63,468 bases of DNA, from assembly GCA_030596125.1 (NCBI GenBank), contig JAUVKT010000004.1, positions 1 through 63,468 of the forward strand. The letters run 5' to 3'. The stretch comes from Bacteroidales bacterium. GTDB taxonomy: Bacteria; Bacteroidota; Bacteroidia; Bacteroidales; VadinHA17. A model generated the notes under the pieces. The model did not search any database. It was given only the letters and a program-made list of their open reading frames with translations, and was not told the DNA's origin. A program made the position numbers and the translations under genes. Below, piece after piece: positions 49,497-56,875 of this stretch (positions are counted from its first letter, which is position 1; each line of letters begins with the position of its first letter).

Positions 49497-50849
49497 TCAT
49501 GATATTTTAGCCAGGCTGGCATTTATCTCCGCATCGGCTAATTCATGATCAACCAGTTCCCCTGAGAAATATTTATCATACGCCATAAGATCAAAATGAC
49601 CATGTCCGCTTAGGTTAAAAAGAATTGTTTTAGGCGTGCCTTCCTTGTCTGCTTTTTTAGCTTCATCGATAGCTCCGGTAATCGCATAATTAGCTTCGGG
49701 AGCAGGAATGATCGCCTCTGTACGGGCAAACAACACTCCGTTATCAAAGCACTCTTTCTGGTATTTTGACTGTGCTTCAATCAGCCCGTCTTTCAACAAC
49801 TGGCTTACAAGTACTCCTGCACCATGATATCTCAGACCGCCTGCATGAATTTTAGCAGGTACAAAATTATGACCAAGAGTATACATTGCTAAAAGCGGTG
49901 TCAAACCAACTGAATCACCAAAGTCATACATAAACTTACCTCTCGTAAGTTTCGGGCATGAAGCCGGTTCGATAGCCACCATTCTCGTATTTTTGCCGTT
50001 AAGAATATTTTCCCTGATAAATGGGAATGATATCCCGGAAAAATTTGATCCGCCTCCGAAACAGCCAACAATTATATCAGGATAGTCTCCTGCTTTCTCC
50101 ATCTGCAGGAGGGCTTCTTCTCCTATGATGGTTTGATGCATGAGTACATGGTTTAATACGCTACCCAAAGAGTATTTTACATCAGGATTTTTTGCCGCTC
50201 TCTCAACGGCTTCTGATATTGCTATCCCAAGACTGCCGGGCGAATCAGGGTCCTGATTCAATATTTGTTGTCCTGCTTCAGTAAGGTTGCTGGGAGAAGG
50301 TATGACTGAAGCATTATATGTATTCATCATCATTTTGCGGTAAGGTTTCTGCTCATAACTAATCTTTACCATAAACACTTCAAGATCGATACCGAAATAT
50401 TGACATGCAAAACTCAGGGCACTTCCCCATTGTCCGGCTCCTGTTTCAGTTGTAAGCTTCTTAACGCCTTCCATTTTATTATAATAGGCCTGTGGTATAG
50501 CGGTATTGGCTTTATGAGATCCGGCATAACTAAGTCCCTCGTACTTGTAATAGATTTTACAGCTGGTGCCGATGGCTTTCTCAAGTGCCGATGCCCTGAA
50601 AACAGGACTTGGACGGTATGTTTTGTATAGCTCCAGTACTTCCTCCGGAATATCAATAAACCTGTCGGTTGCCGCCTCCTGTTTTATCAGCTCCATCGGA
50701 AACAGAGGCAAAAGGTCCTCTGGTGTAATAGGCTCTTTTGTAGCGGGATGCAGTGGAGGAAGGGGCTTATTCGGCATATCGGCCATTATGTTATACCATT
50801 TTGTCGGCATTTCATTCTCATTAAGGGTAATCTTCTTAAAGTTTTTCAT
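49497..50849 (-). CDS. trpB: TrpB2-type tryptophan synthase beta-like PLP enzyme (stand-alone)
   Basis: 450 aa, longer than TrpB1. The PLP-lysine context is GLSYAGSHKANTA, with a GGGSNFSG glycine loop. No trpA or other trp genes are in the window. Confidence 0.88.
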   Translation of the reverse strand: MKNFKKITLNENEMPTKWYNIMADMPNKPLPPLHPATKEPITPEDLLPLFPMELIKQEAATDRFIDIPEEVLELYKTYRPSPVFRASALEKAIGTSCKIYYKYEGLSYAGSHKANTAIPQAYYNKMEGVKKLTTETGAGQWGSALSFACQYFGIDLEVFMVKISYEQKPYRKMMMNTYNASVIPSPSNLTEAGQQILNQDPDSPGSLGIAISEAVERAAKNPDVKYSLGSVLNHVLMHQTIIGEEALLQMEKAGDYPDIIVGCFGGGSNFSGISFPFIRENILNGKNTRMVAIEPASCPKLTRGKFMYDFGDSVGLTPLLAMYTLGHNFVPAKIHAGGLRYHGAGVLVSQLLKDGLIEAQSKYQKECFDNGVLFARTEAIIPAPEANYAITGAIDEAKKADKEGTPKTILFNLSGHGHFDLMAYDKYFSGELVDHELADAEINASLAKIS

Positions 50850-50889
50850 AGTTTCTAAGTTTAATTATTAATAGTTTTTCATTTAAGAC

Positions 50890-50921
50890 AAAAAAAAGGC
50901 ACGCTGTGAACAGCGTGCCTT
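50890..50921 (-). terminator. Intrinsic terminator inside the trpB2 5' leader (putative attenuator terminator)
   Basis: The minus strand reads AAGGCACGCTG-TTCA-CAGCGTGCCTT followed by T8, ending ~40 nt upstream of the trpB2 ATG. Confidence 0.7.
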
Positions 50922-50943
50922 AAGAAGTAATTTGTATATTTTA

Positions 50944-51018
50944 TTACATAACGGTCTGTATCACAGTATAATTATTTATTCTGTGCCACCGCCAATTATG
51001 TAGAGTTATCTTAAACAT
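50944..51018 (-). CDS. Candidate 24-codon Trp leader peptide MFKITLHNWRWHRINNYTVIQTVM
   Basis: ATG 51018-51016. Trp codons at 50994-50992 and 50988-50986. Double stop TAA TAA at 50946-50941. It lies between a -7 box and the terminator above. Confidence 0.5.
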   Translation of the reverse strand: MFKITLHNWRWHRINNYTVIQTVM

Positions 51019-51050
51019 CGTGTCAAAATTAAGAATTATTTTAAAGTTTC

Positions 51051-51058
51051 CAAATTTA
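51051..51058 (-). promoter_or_regulatory. Candidate -7 promoter box TAAATTTG (TAnnTTTG) for the leader/trpB2 transcript
   Basis: Exact consensus match on the minus strand, 32 nt upstream of the leader ATG. Confidence 0.4.
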
Positions 51059-51324
51059 TGGTAATGTTCAGTGCCGTTGTTATTATCTTTTCCAGGCAGG
51101 TGTATTATACGCTTATTCTGATTACCCCGATTCTGATTTGTAACGGCAGAATGAAGTTTGGATTTATTTGAATTTAACTCTGCTTTTTTATCATTTTATA
51201 TTTTATTGTCTGTGAGTTATCTGCTGTTTTGCTTTGAAATTGATTATTAGATAGTTATTTTTAGAGAGAAAAATTTTCAGAAATATGCAATAATCATTTT
51301 CTGATCTAACCTAAAACAAGTATC

Positions 51325-52095
51325 ATGAGTAATGAATCATTCAACTTTGGGAGTTTTCTAAAAGATTCTGTAGATTCTGTATTAAACCCCAAAAATTATT
51401 TTTCATCCCTGAATATTGAGGGAGGAATTGGTGAGCCGGTTATCAAAGCTTTGATTTATGGGGCTCTTTCAGGTATTTTCGCTTTTCTGTGGAGTGTTCT
51501 CAACATCTCAGGGTTTACCGGAGGGATGTTTGGGGGTGCAATTGGTATTGCGGTCTTTATCTGGGCAATTGTAGGAGCAGTAATAGGTCTCTTTATCGGG
51601 GCAGTTATTGTTCTTATTATTTCTGCTATATGCGGTGGAAGCACCGATTATATTGCCAATGCCCGTGTAACTGCATCACTTATGGTGCTTATGCCTATCA
51701 GTTCACTCTTCGGGTTTTTAATCGGTATTAGTGGACCTCTCTCAGCCGTAGTGAGTCTTCTTATTAATATTTACGGACTCTATATGCTCTATTTTGCCCT
51801 GGTCGGGCCATTGAAGGGGAAAGAGAGTTCTGCGAAGGTTTTAACATGGATACTGGTAGCGGTACTTGCACTTTTTCTTGTTATAGGCCTCTTTACGAAA
51901 AAGGCAGCGAATAAATTTCTCGACCAATATGGCATTGATACAGAGGAAATGGGGAAAGATCTTGAGGAGATGGGGGATGATCTTGAGAAAGGTCTTAAGG
52001 ATCTGACAAAAGATCTCGAGGAGGCTCTTGACGAAATTGTGGAAAAAAGCGAAGAAGAAAGCGAAGAAGAAGGCGAAGAGGAAATCGAAGAGTAG
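51325..52095 (+). CDS. Yip1-like membrane protein with an acidic C-terminal tail
   Basis: N-terminal soluble segment, 5 glycine-rich TM helices, then a K/E/D-rich tail (..EEESEEEGEEEIEE). Confidence 0.65.
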   Translation: MSNESFNFGSFLKDSVDSVLNPKNYFSSLNIEGGIGEPVIKALIYGALSGIFAFLWSVLNISGFTGGMFGGAIGIAVFIWAIVGAVIGLFIGAVIVLIISAICGGSTDYIANARVTASLMVLMPISSLFGFLIGISGPLSAVVSLLINIYGLYMLYFALVGPLKGKESSAKVLTWILVAVLALFLVIGLFTKKAANKFLDQYGIDTEEMGKDLEEMGDDLEKGLKDLTKDLEEALDEIVEKSEEESEEEGEEEIEE

Positions 52096-52099
52096 CCTG

Positions 52100-52894
52100 T
52101 TAGTATTTTTCAGGCACAAAAGTTTGTTCATTAATAGGAGGTCGGATATACCCTGTTTTGTTAACATCAGGGAGTTCGATCTCTTTATATTTTATCTTTT
52201 CATATGGAATCTTTGATAGCAGATGGTGAATACAGTTAAGCCTTGCCCTTCTTTTGTCGTCACCGTTAACTACCCACCATGGTGAAAGTTTTGTGTCGGT
52301 GTATGAGAACATTTCATCTTTAGCCTTTGAATACTCAACCCACTTGCTTCTTGATGCGAGGTCCATCTCACTGAATTTCCATCGCCTCAAGGGGTCATTA
52401 AGTCTTTCCGTGAATCGCTTCTCCTGTTCATCATCACTAACCGAAAACCAGTATTTTACCAGGATAATTCCCGAATGTATCAGCATCTCCTCAAAACGCG
52501 GACAGGATCTCAGGAAATCCCAGTATTCTTCATCAGTACAAAACTCCATTACCCTTTCAACGCCGGTCCTGTTATACCAGCTACGGTCAAACAATACTAT
52601 TTCACCGGCTGATGGCAGATGTGATACATATCTCTGGAAATACCACTGTGTTTTTTCTTTCTCTGTTGGCACACCCAGTGCCATAACCCTGCAAATCCTG
52701 GGGTTCAGGCTCTGGGTTATTCTTTTGATGACACCCCCTTTACCGGCAGCATCCCTTCCTTCAAAGAGAACTACAACCTTCAATCCTTTTGCCTTTACCC
52801 ACTCATGCATTATGACAAGCTCTTCCTGTAATTTTTCAAGCTCTTTAAAATAAAATTTCTTTTGAAGTTTATTATTTGGTGTATTATTGCTCAT
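52100..52894 (-). CDS. ppk2: Polyphosphate kinase 2 family protein
   Basis: Walker A-like FEGRDAAGKGG and the PPK2 lid region RSWYNR. Confidence 0.9.
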   Translation of the reverse strand: MSNNTPNNKLQKKFYFKELEKLQEELVIMHEWVKAKGLKVVVLFEGRDAAGKGGVIKRITQSLNPRICRVMALGVPTEKEKTQWYFQRYVSHLPSAGEIVLFDRSWYNRTGVERVMEFCTDEEYWDFLRSCPRFEEMLIHSGIILVKYWFSVSDDEQEKRFTERLNDPLRRWKFSEMDLASRSKWVEYSKAKDEMFSYTDTKLSPWWVVNGDDKRRARLNCIHHLLSKIPYEKIKYKEIELPDVNKTGYIRPPINEQTFVPEKY

Positions 52895-52977
52895 AGGTTT
52901 ATAATCACTAGTGATTATTAATAATGGAATGTTGTTTTGGCAAGTTACAAAAATCTGACAAAAGAAGATTGATAGTA

Positions 52978-54222
52978 TTATTTTAATAACAACTCCATCA
53001 TCAGGAGGGCTGATATTTCCCCCTTTTTCTTAATAAAATCCCTTGGAGTATTATCTCCGATTTCATAAGTAATACCTTCAGCATGGAATTGATTATAGAA
53101 CCAGTTCTTTGATGTCAGGGATGGAAAAGGTTCTGACGGTTCCTCATTTGTTATTTTACCCGGAACTGACTCGGAGATACTTCTTAGCCACATGTTCTTA
53201 AAATTGCCAATAATAAGGGTCTCTCTATCTACAATATTTGTGTAGTAGATATCCTGGTATGTAGAGTGGAAATCAATACCGAGTATTATGTCAGATTTGT
53301 TTCGTTTTGATTCATATACTATCCTGTCAGCAATGATCCTTACTTCAGGCTGGTGATAAATACCCCAGTCACGGTTAAGATCGACGCCACCTGTATTAAA
53401 CCTCCAATGTCCCAGGTCAACACCGTCCGGATTAATTAACGGAAATACAAGAACCCTGTATTTGTTTAAGAAATTTGTTGTTAATTCATCATGTTGTATC
53501 AGCCTATCAACGAATGCTTTCATGGCATAGTAACCGGTAACCTCAGGAGGATGCTGCCTGCTGAATATCACTATAATTGGTTTACCCTTCTTTTTCCCAC
53601 GATACAGATCCAGCATTACAAGAGGCCTGCCGAGTTCTGTTTCACCTACCAGATTAAAGCTAACTGCCTCATTGCCTTCCTTCCCTTTCCAATATGAAAT
53701 AACTCTTTCTGAGTTTTCAATCTCCTGAGACGAAATCCAGGTAGTGTCGGTTGAGATATTATACCTGATGGTTATTCCCATAGTATCCGGAGCTGTGGCA
53801 AAGTCTTTTTTGTTGATACTGTTCCAGTGTATCCCATTAACACTGAATTTTGGATTATACCGATGTTTTGCCTGTTTGTACCTGATATTGATTATTATTG
53901 ATGGATGGGTATTTGATACAATTCTGAAAGCATACCATGGAGAAGAATTTATTGGTACATTTTCAGGTTCAATGGAGATATTGAAGGTGGAATCATTTTC
54001 CTGAGTGCAACTGTTTAGTCTGGCACCATCAAACAGGTTGTCAAACGTTATGGTACCTTCATTAAAGGTATAGGTCGTTTTGTTCTGGTAAAAAATCTCT
54101 TTAGATCGTGTATCAACCGGAGGTTTGTGATCAACTGTGATTGCACTGTATTTTGTTGGAGAACATGAGATTGAAATAGCAATAATAAATGTAATCCGGA
54201 GTATTTGGAACTTATGTTTCAT
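52978..54222 (-). CDS. M14-family zinc carboxypeptidase-like lipoprotein
   Basis: The signal peptide carries a Cys (ISISC). Zn and catalytic contexts are QHPPEVTG (HxxE), NPDG, NRDW and DFHS. Confidence 0.8.
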   Translation of the reverse strand: MKHKFQILRITFIIAISISCSPTKYSAITVDHKPPVDTRSKEIFYQNKTTYTFNEGTITFDNLFDGARLNSCTQENDSTFNISIEPENVPINSSPWYAFRIVSNTHPSIIINIRYKQAKHRYNPKFSVNGIHWNSINKKDFATAPDTMGITIRYNISTDTTWISSQEIENSERVISYWKGKEGNEAVSFNLVGETELGRPLVMLDLYRGKKKGKPIIVIFSRQHPPEVTGYYAMKAFVDRLIQHDELTTNFLNKYRVLVFPLINPDGVDLGHWRFNTGGVDLNRDWGIYHQPEVRIIADRIVYESKRNKSDIILGIDFHSTYQDIYYTNIVDRETLIIGNFKNMWLRSISESVPGKITNEEPSEPFPSLTSKNWFYNQFHAEGITYEIGDNTPRDFIKKKGEISALLMMELLLK

Positions 54223-54309
54223 GATGAACAGGTTTCTGCAAAAATAGCTAGATTAATAATAATTAAAAAGACCGGCCAGGCAGGACTATCCTTTTCGTTC
54301 ATATCGGCA

Positions 54310-54343
54310 GTAGAGGCGCAATGCATTACGCCTCTACTTTTTT
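54310..54343. repeat. Palindrome family copy 1 (GTAGAGGCGCAATGCATTACGCCTCTAC plus T6)
   Basis: 28-nt palindrome with one mismatch, centred on ATGCAT, in a divergent promoter region. Confidence 0.85.
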
Positions 54344-54482
54344 CATGTATTTGATCGAAAATTAATATCTTAGGGAGATTTTTTAATTAGCTTTTTAGGT
54401 CTACAGGCTAATTGCAGGGTTAAGTGGTTGTCAAACCTTGCGTTAAGCCTAAGAATACTATCAAGCTGAAATTCATTATTTA

Positions 54483-55325
54483 ATGAGTATTTTTTCCAGG
54501 ATAATATCCCACATAAAAGCAGGCTTTTCTACAGATCAGTATTATAAATCAATGAATCGGGCATTGATGCGACTGAATGACGAGTATACAATGTTACATT
54601 ACCCATATTACAGGAAGGATAATGATAGTTTCTATGATGGCCAAAGGAATCTTACCGATTTTTGCATGTCACAGCTCTCATCAATAAAAGGGAAGCAAGT
54701 TCTGGAAATAGGCTGTGGGAACGGAGTACAGGCAAACTATATTTTGGAGAAATATTCTCCTGCGTTCATGACCGCCATTGACCTTAATGCTCTAAATATT
54801 GAAATTGCCAGAAAAGAAGCTGAAAGACTTGATTCAAATGATATTAAATTTCAGGTTGATGATGCCCAAAAACTTTCAACTATCAAAAACAGATCTATGG
54901 ATTGTATTATCAATATAGAGAGTGCTTTTCATTATCCGGACAAAGCTTCCTTTTTCAGGGAGATAAATAGAGTTTTAAAACCAGGTGGATCTTTCCTGAT
55001 AGCAGATATCCTGACTAAACCACGCAAAAAAAGTGAATTTCGAAAATTCTGGAAAAGGAAAATGCACTTTAACCACTGGGCAAGACATACCTATGAAGAT
55101 GAATTGTATAAAGCCGACCTGCATATAAAAAGTCTTTCAGATATTACGACAAAGGTAAATCAGGGGTTTCAAAATTACAGGCACTGGCTGAAGACTATGA
55201 AAAAAAAGAATTTTATTGATGGTCTTTTCTTAAAGATGTATTATTCCATCCATGTTGAACTAAATATGTATCTCCTTCGTTCACGCCGGCAGTACTGTGT
55301 GATTGTAGGAAGAAAGCCTTTCTAA
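54483..55325 (+). CDS. Class I SAM-dependent methyltransferase
   Basis: SAM motif I VLEIGCGNGV, with the acidic post-I and motif II regions (AIDLN, DCIINIES). Confidence 0.85.
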   Translation: MSIFSRIISHIKAGFSTDQYYKSMNRALMRLNDEYTMLHYPYYRKDNDSFYDGQRNLTDFCMSQLSSIKGKQVLEIGCGNGVQANYILEKYSPAFMTAIDLNALNIEIARKEAERLDSNDIKFQVDDAQKLSTIKNRSMDCIINIESAFHYPDKASFFREINRVLKPGGSFLIADILTKPRKKSEFRKFWKRKMHFNHWARHTYEDELYKADLHIKSLSDITTKVNQGFQNYRHWLKTMKKKNFIDGLFLKMYYSIHVELNMYLLRSRRQYCVIVGRKPF

Positions 55326-55342
55326 ACCTAATTTTTTAAAGT

Positions 55343-55366
55343 AGAAGCGCAATGCATTGTGCCTCT
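55343..55366. repeat. Palindrome family copy 2 (AGAAGCGCAATGCATTGTGCCTCT)
   Basis: Imperfect copy (one mismatch, one G-T wobble) between convergent stops, flanked by T/A runs. Likely a bidirectional terminator. Confidence 0.8.
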
Positions 55367-55660
55367 TTACCTTTTTTTAAGACCTGTGGACTTTCCTTTT
55401 AAACAAAGTGAATAAATACCTATTGCATACAGGGCAATATTGAAGATGCTGACAGAAAAGATACCTATCGAGAAAATCCCAATGGAGAAAATACCGATCG
55501 AGAAATTTCCGGCAGCGAAAACCCCGGCAGCAAAATTTCCGGCGGCAAAATAGCCAAAGGCAAAGTCACCTGCTGATGCGACACAATTACCTTTTATATA
55601 CAAAACAATTCCTATTATTATAAGAATTACAGCTACAACTAAGATCCAAAGTTTTTTCAT
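55367..55660 (-). CDS. Small (97 aa) membrane-anchored protein made of hydrophobic pentapeptide repeats
   Basis: N-terminal TM helix, then GYFAA GNFAA GVFAA GNFSI GIFSI GIFSI GIFSV SIF. At DNA level this is eight head-to-tail 15-nt units. Confidence 0.6.
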   Translation of the reverse strand: MKKLWILVVAVILIIIGIVLYIKGNCVASAGDFAFGYFAAGNFAAGVFAAGNFSIGIFSIGIFSIGIFSVSIFNIALYAIGIYSLCLKGKSTGLKKR

Positions 55661-55723
55661 GTCTGATAATTTTAATTTAAAAAATAATGTCGGATCAAAA
55701 ATGACTTTTAATTATTTGAATCT

Positions 55724-55731
55724 CAAAAATA
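55724..55731 (-). promoter_or_regulatory. Candidate -7 box TATTTTTG for the 97-aa gene
   Basis: Exact TAnnTTTG match on the minus strand, 63 nt upstream of ATG 55660. Confidence 0.35.
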
Positions 55732-55803
55732 TGTGACGGTTAGCAAGTTTCTGTGACGTATGACAAGTGCAGGGATGAATAACAAACTTTCCCGGGATGA
55801 ATA
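55732..55803 (-). promoter_or_regulatory. Two pairs of phased direct repeats (candidate LytTR-type operator) upstream of the 97-aa gene
   Basis: GGGATGAATA at 55772-81 and 55794-803 (12-nt spacer, 22-nt phase). TGTGACG at 55732-38 and 55752-58 (20-nt phase). On the coding (minus) strand these read TATTCATCCC x2 and CGTCACA x2. Confidence 0.45.
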
Positions 55804-55814
55804 CCAAAAGGAAT

Positions 55815-56678
55815 TTACTGCTCACTGAATATTTTGATGAATGGCCTCGAAACAGGAATCTCCCTGTTCACATTTTTCAGATTCAGTTTTAAACCCTGGG
55901 CATTCCCGTTTACCTGTAATACCATATTACGGTTTACAATATAAGAACGGTGACATTGAACTATTAATGAGAAATCTGAAAAGTAACTGAGAACAGAACT
56001 GAGTGTAGCCCTTACCATTTTTTTTTGGATGGAATCTTCATCTGAAAATATGATGTACACATAATTCCCTTTTGATTCGATATATGCCAGAGAGTGAGGA
56101 TCTATTTCAAGATTGTCTTTTCCGCTTTCAGATTTAATAGTTACGACAAAGCCAGAAGTTTTACTTGCAGGTAATTCGGGTAGCCATGGCAAGGAAGAGC
56201 CAATTTTTTTTGCCGTGAGAGTATTTGTTGTGTTAAGGTACTGATACCTCAGCAGGGTGATTATTAATACGGGAAAAACACCTATCGCAAGAGTGTATAA
56301 TTCCAGGTTAATAAAACTTTTAATTACCGATGTGTGGAATTCAAAGAGTGAAGTTGTAAATAGGAAATTAGCAAAGCCTATGGAGAATATTATCCATAGA
56401 TTCCAAAAAAGTTCTTTGAAAACTTTCCAGTTCTCTGCATTGAATTTTTTTCTGACAACCAGTAAATTGATAACCAGGACAAGGAAACTAATCAGGCCGT
56501 AACCTGCAAAAACAGGGATCTTATATCTGGCAGGAATGTTAACAAGGCCAAAAGGCTGGAATATTATCATAAAAAAGGTTACAAACAGACTTATCGAGAT
56601 TATAATTATCCAGTTACGTTGTCTCGAACCAGATAACGGATAGGGTTGATAAAACAGATTAGGTTTTTTTTCTTCCAT
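55815..56678 (-). CDS. Membrane-embedded LytTR-domain DNA-binding protein (4 TM helices plus LytTR, no receiver domain)
   Basis: The C-terminus has LAYIESKGNYVYIIF...VQCHRSYIVNRNMV...REIPVSRPF, the LytTR signature. I prefer ATG 56678 (MEEKKPNLF) because the track's TTG start at 56753 lies inside palindrome copy 3. Confidence 0.8.
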   Translation of the reverse strand: MEEKKPNLFYQPYPLSGSRQRNWIIIISISLFVTFFMIIFQPFGLVNIPARYKIPVFAGYGLISFLVLVINLLVVRKKFNAENWKVFKELFWNLWIIFSIGFANFLFTTSLFEFHTSVIKSFINLELYTLAIGVFPVLIITLLRYQYLNTTNTLTAKKIGSSLPWLPELPASKTSGFVVTIKSESGKDNLEIDPHSLAYIESKGNYVYIIFSDEDSIQKKMVRATLSSVLSYFSDFSLIVQCHRSYIVNRNMVLQVNGNAQGLKLNLKNVNREIPVSRPFIKIFSEQ

Positions 56679-56743
56679 GAGCTGACTAAGGTAGGGAAAT
56701 GATATCGAAAAAATTGAAGTATTCAAAGATTCATCATTTGAGT

Positions 56744-56767
56744 AGAGGCGCAATGCATTGCGCCTCT
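56744..56767. repeat. Palindrome family copy 3 (AGAGGCGCAATGCATTGCGCCTCT, perfect 24-mer)
   Basis: Perfect palindrome in the divergent region between the LytTR gene and the BASS gene. Confidence 0.9.
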
Positions 56768-56875
56768 GCTTTTTCCGGGGTCTCCTGTTTAATCATTTTT
56801 TCATATATTACAATAATTTTGGTTTCTTTATATTCTTTGTGATTGTGATTTATCAATAAAAATGGAGCTAGTATT

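Noticed and set aside
56679-56753. N-terminal extension of the LytTR ORF (track start 56753), and likewise 59525..59569 for the DUF2817-like ORF and 18804..18839 for the sensor fragment
   Set aside because: These extensions begin (TTG or ATG) inside, or read through, palindromic or terminator hairpins and add non-hydrophobic junk sequence. Internal ATGs give canonical N-termini (MEEKK.., the MKKAIKITLYSLAGL signal anchor, and MFSMVIWNRIKRALFIL).
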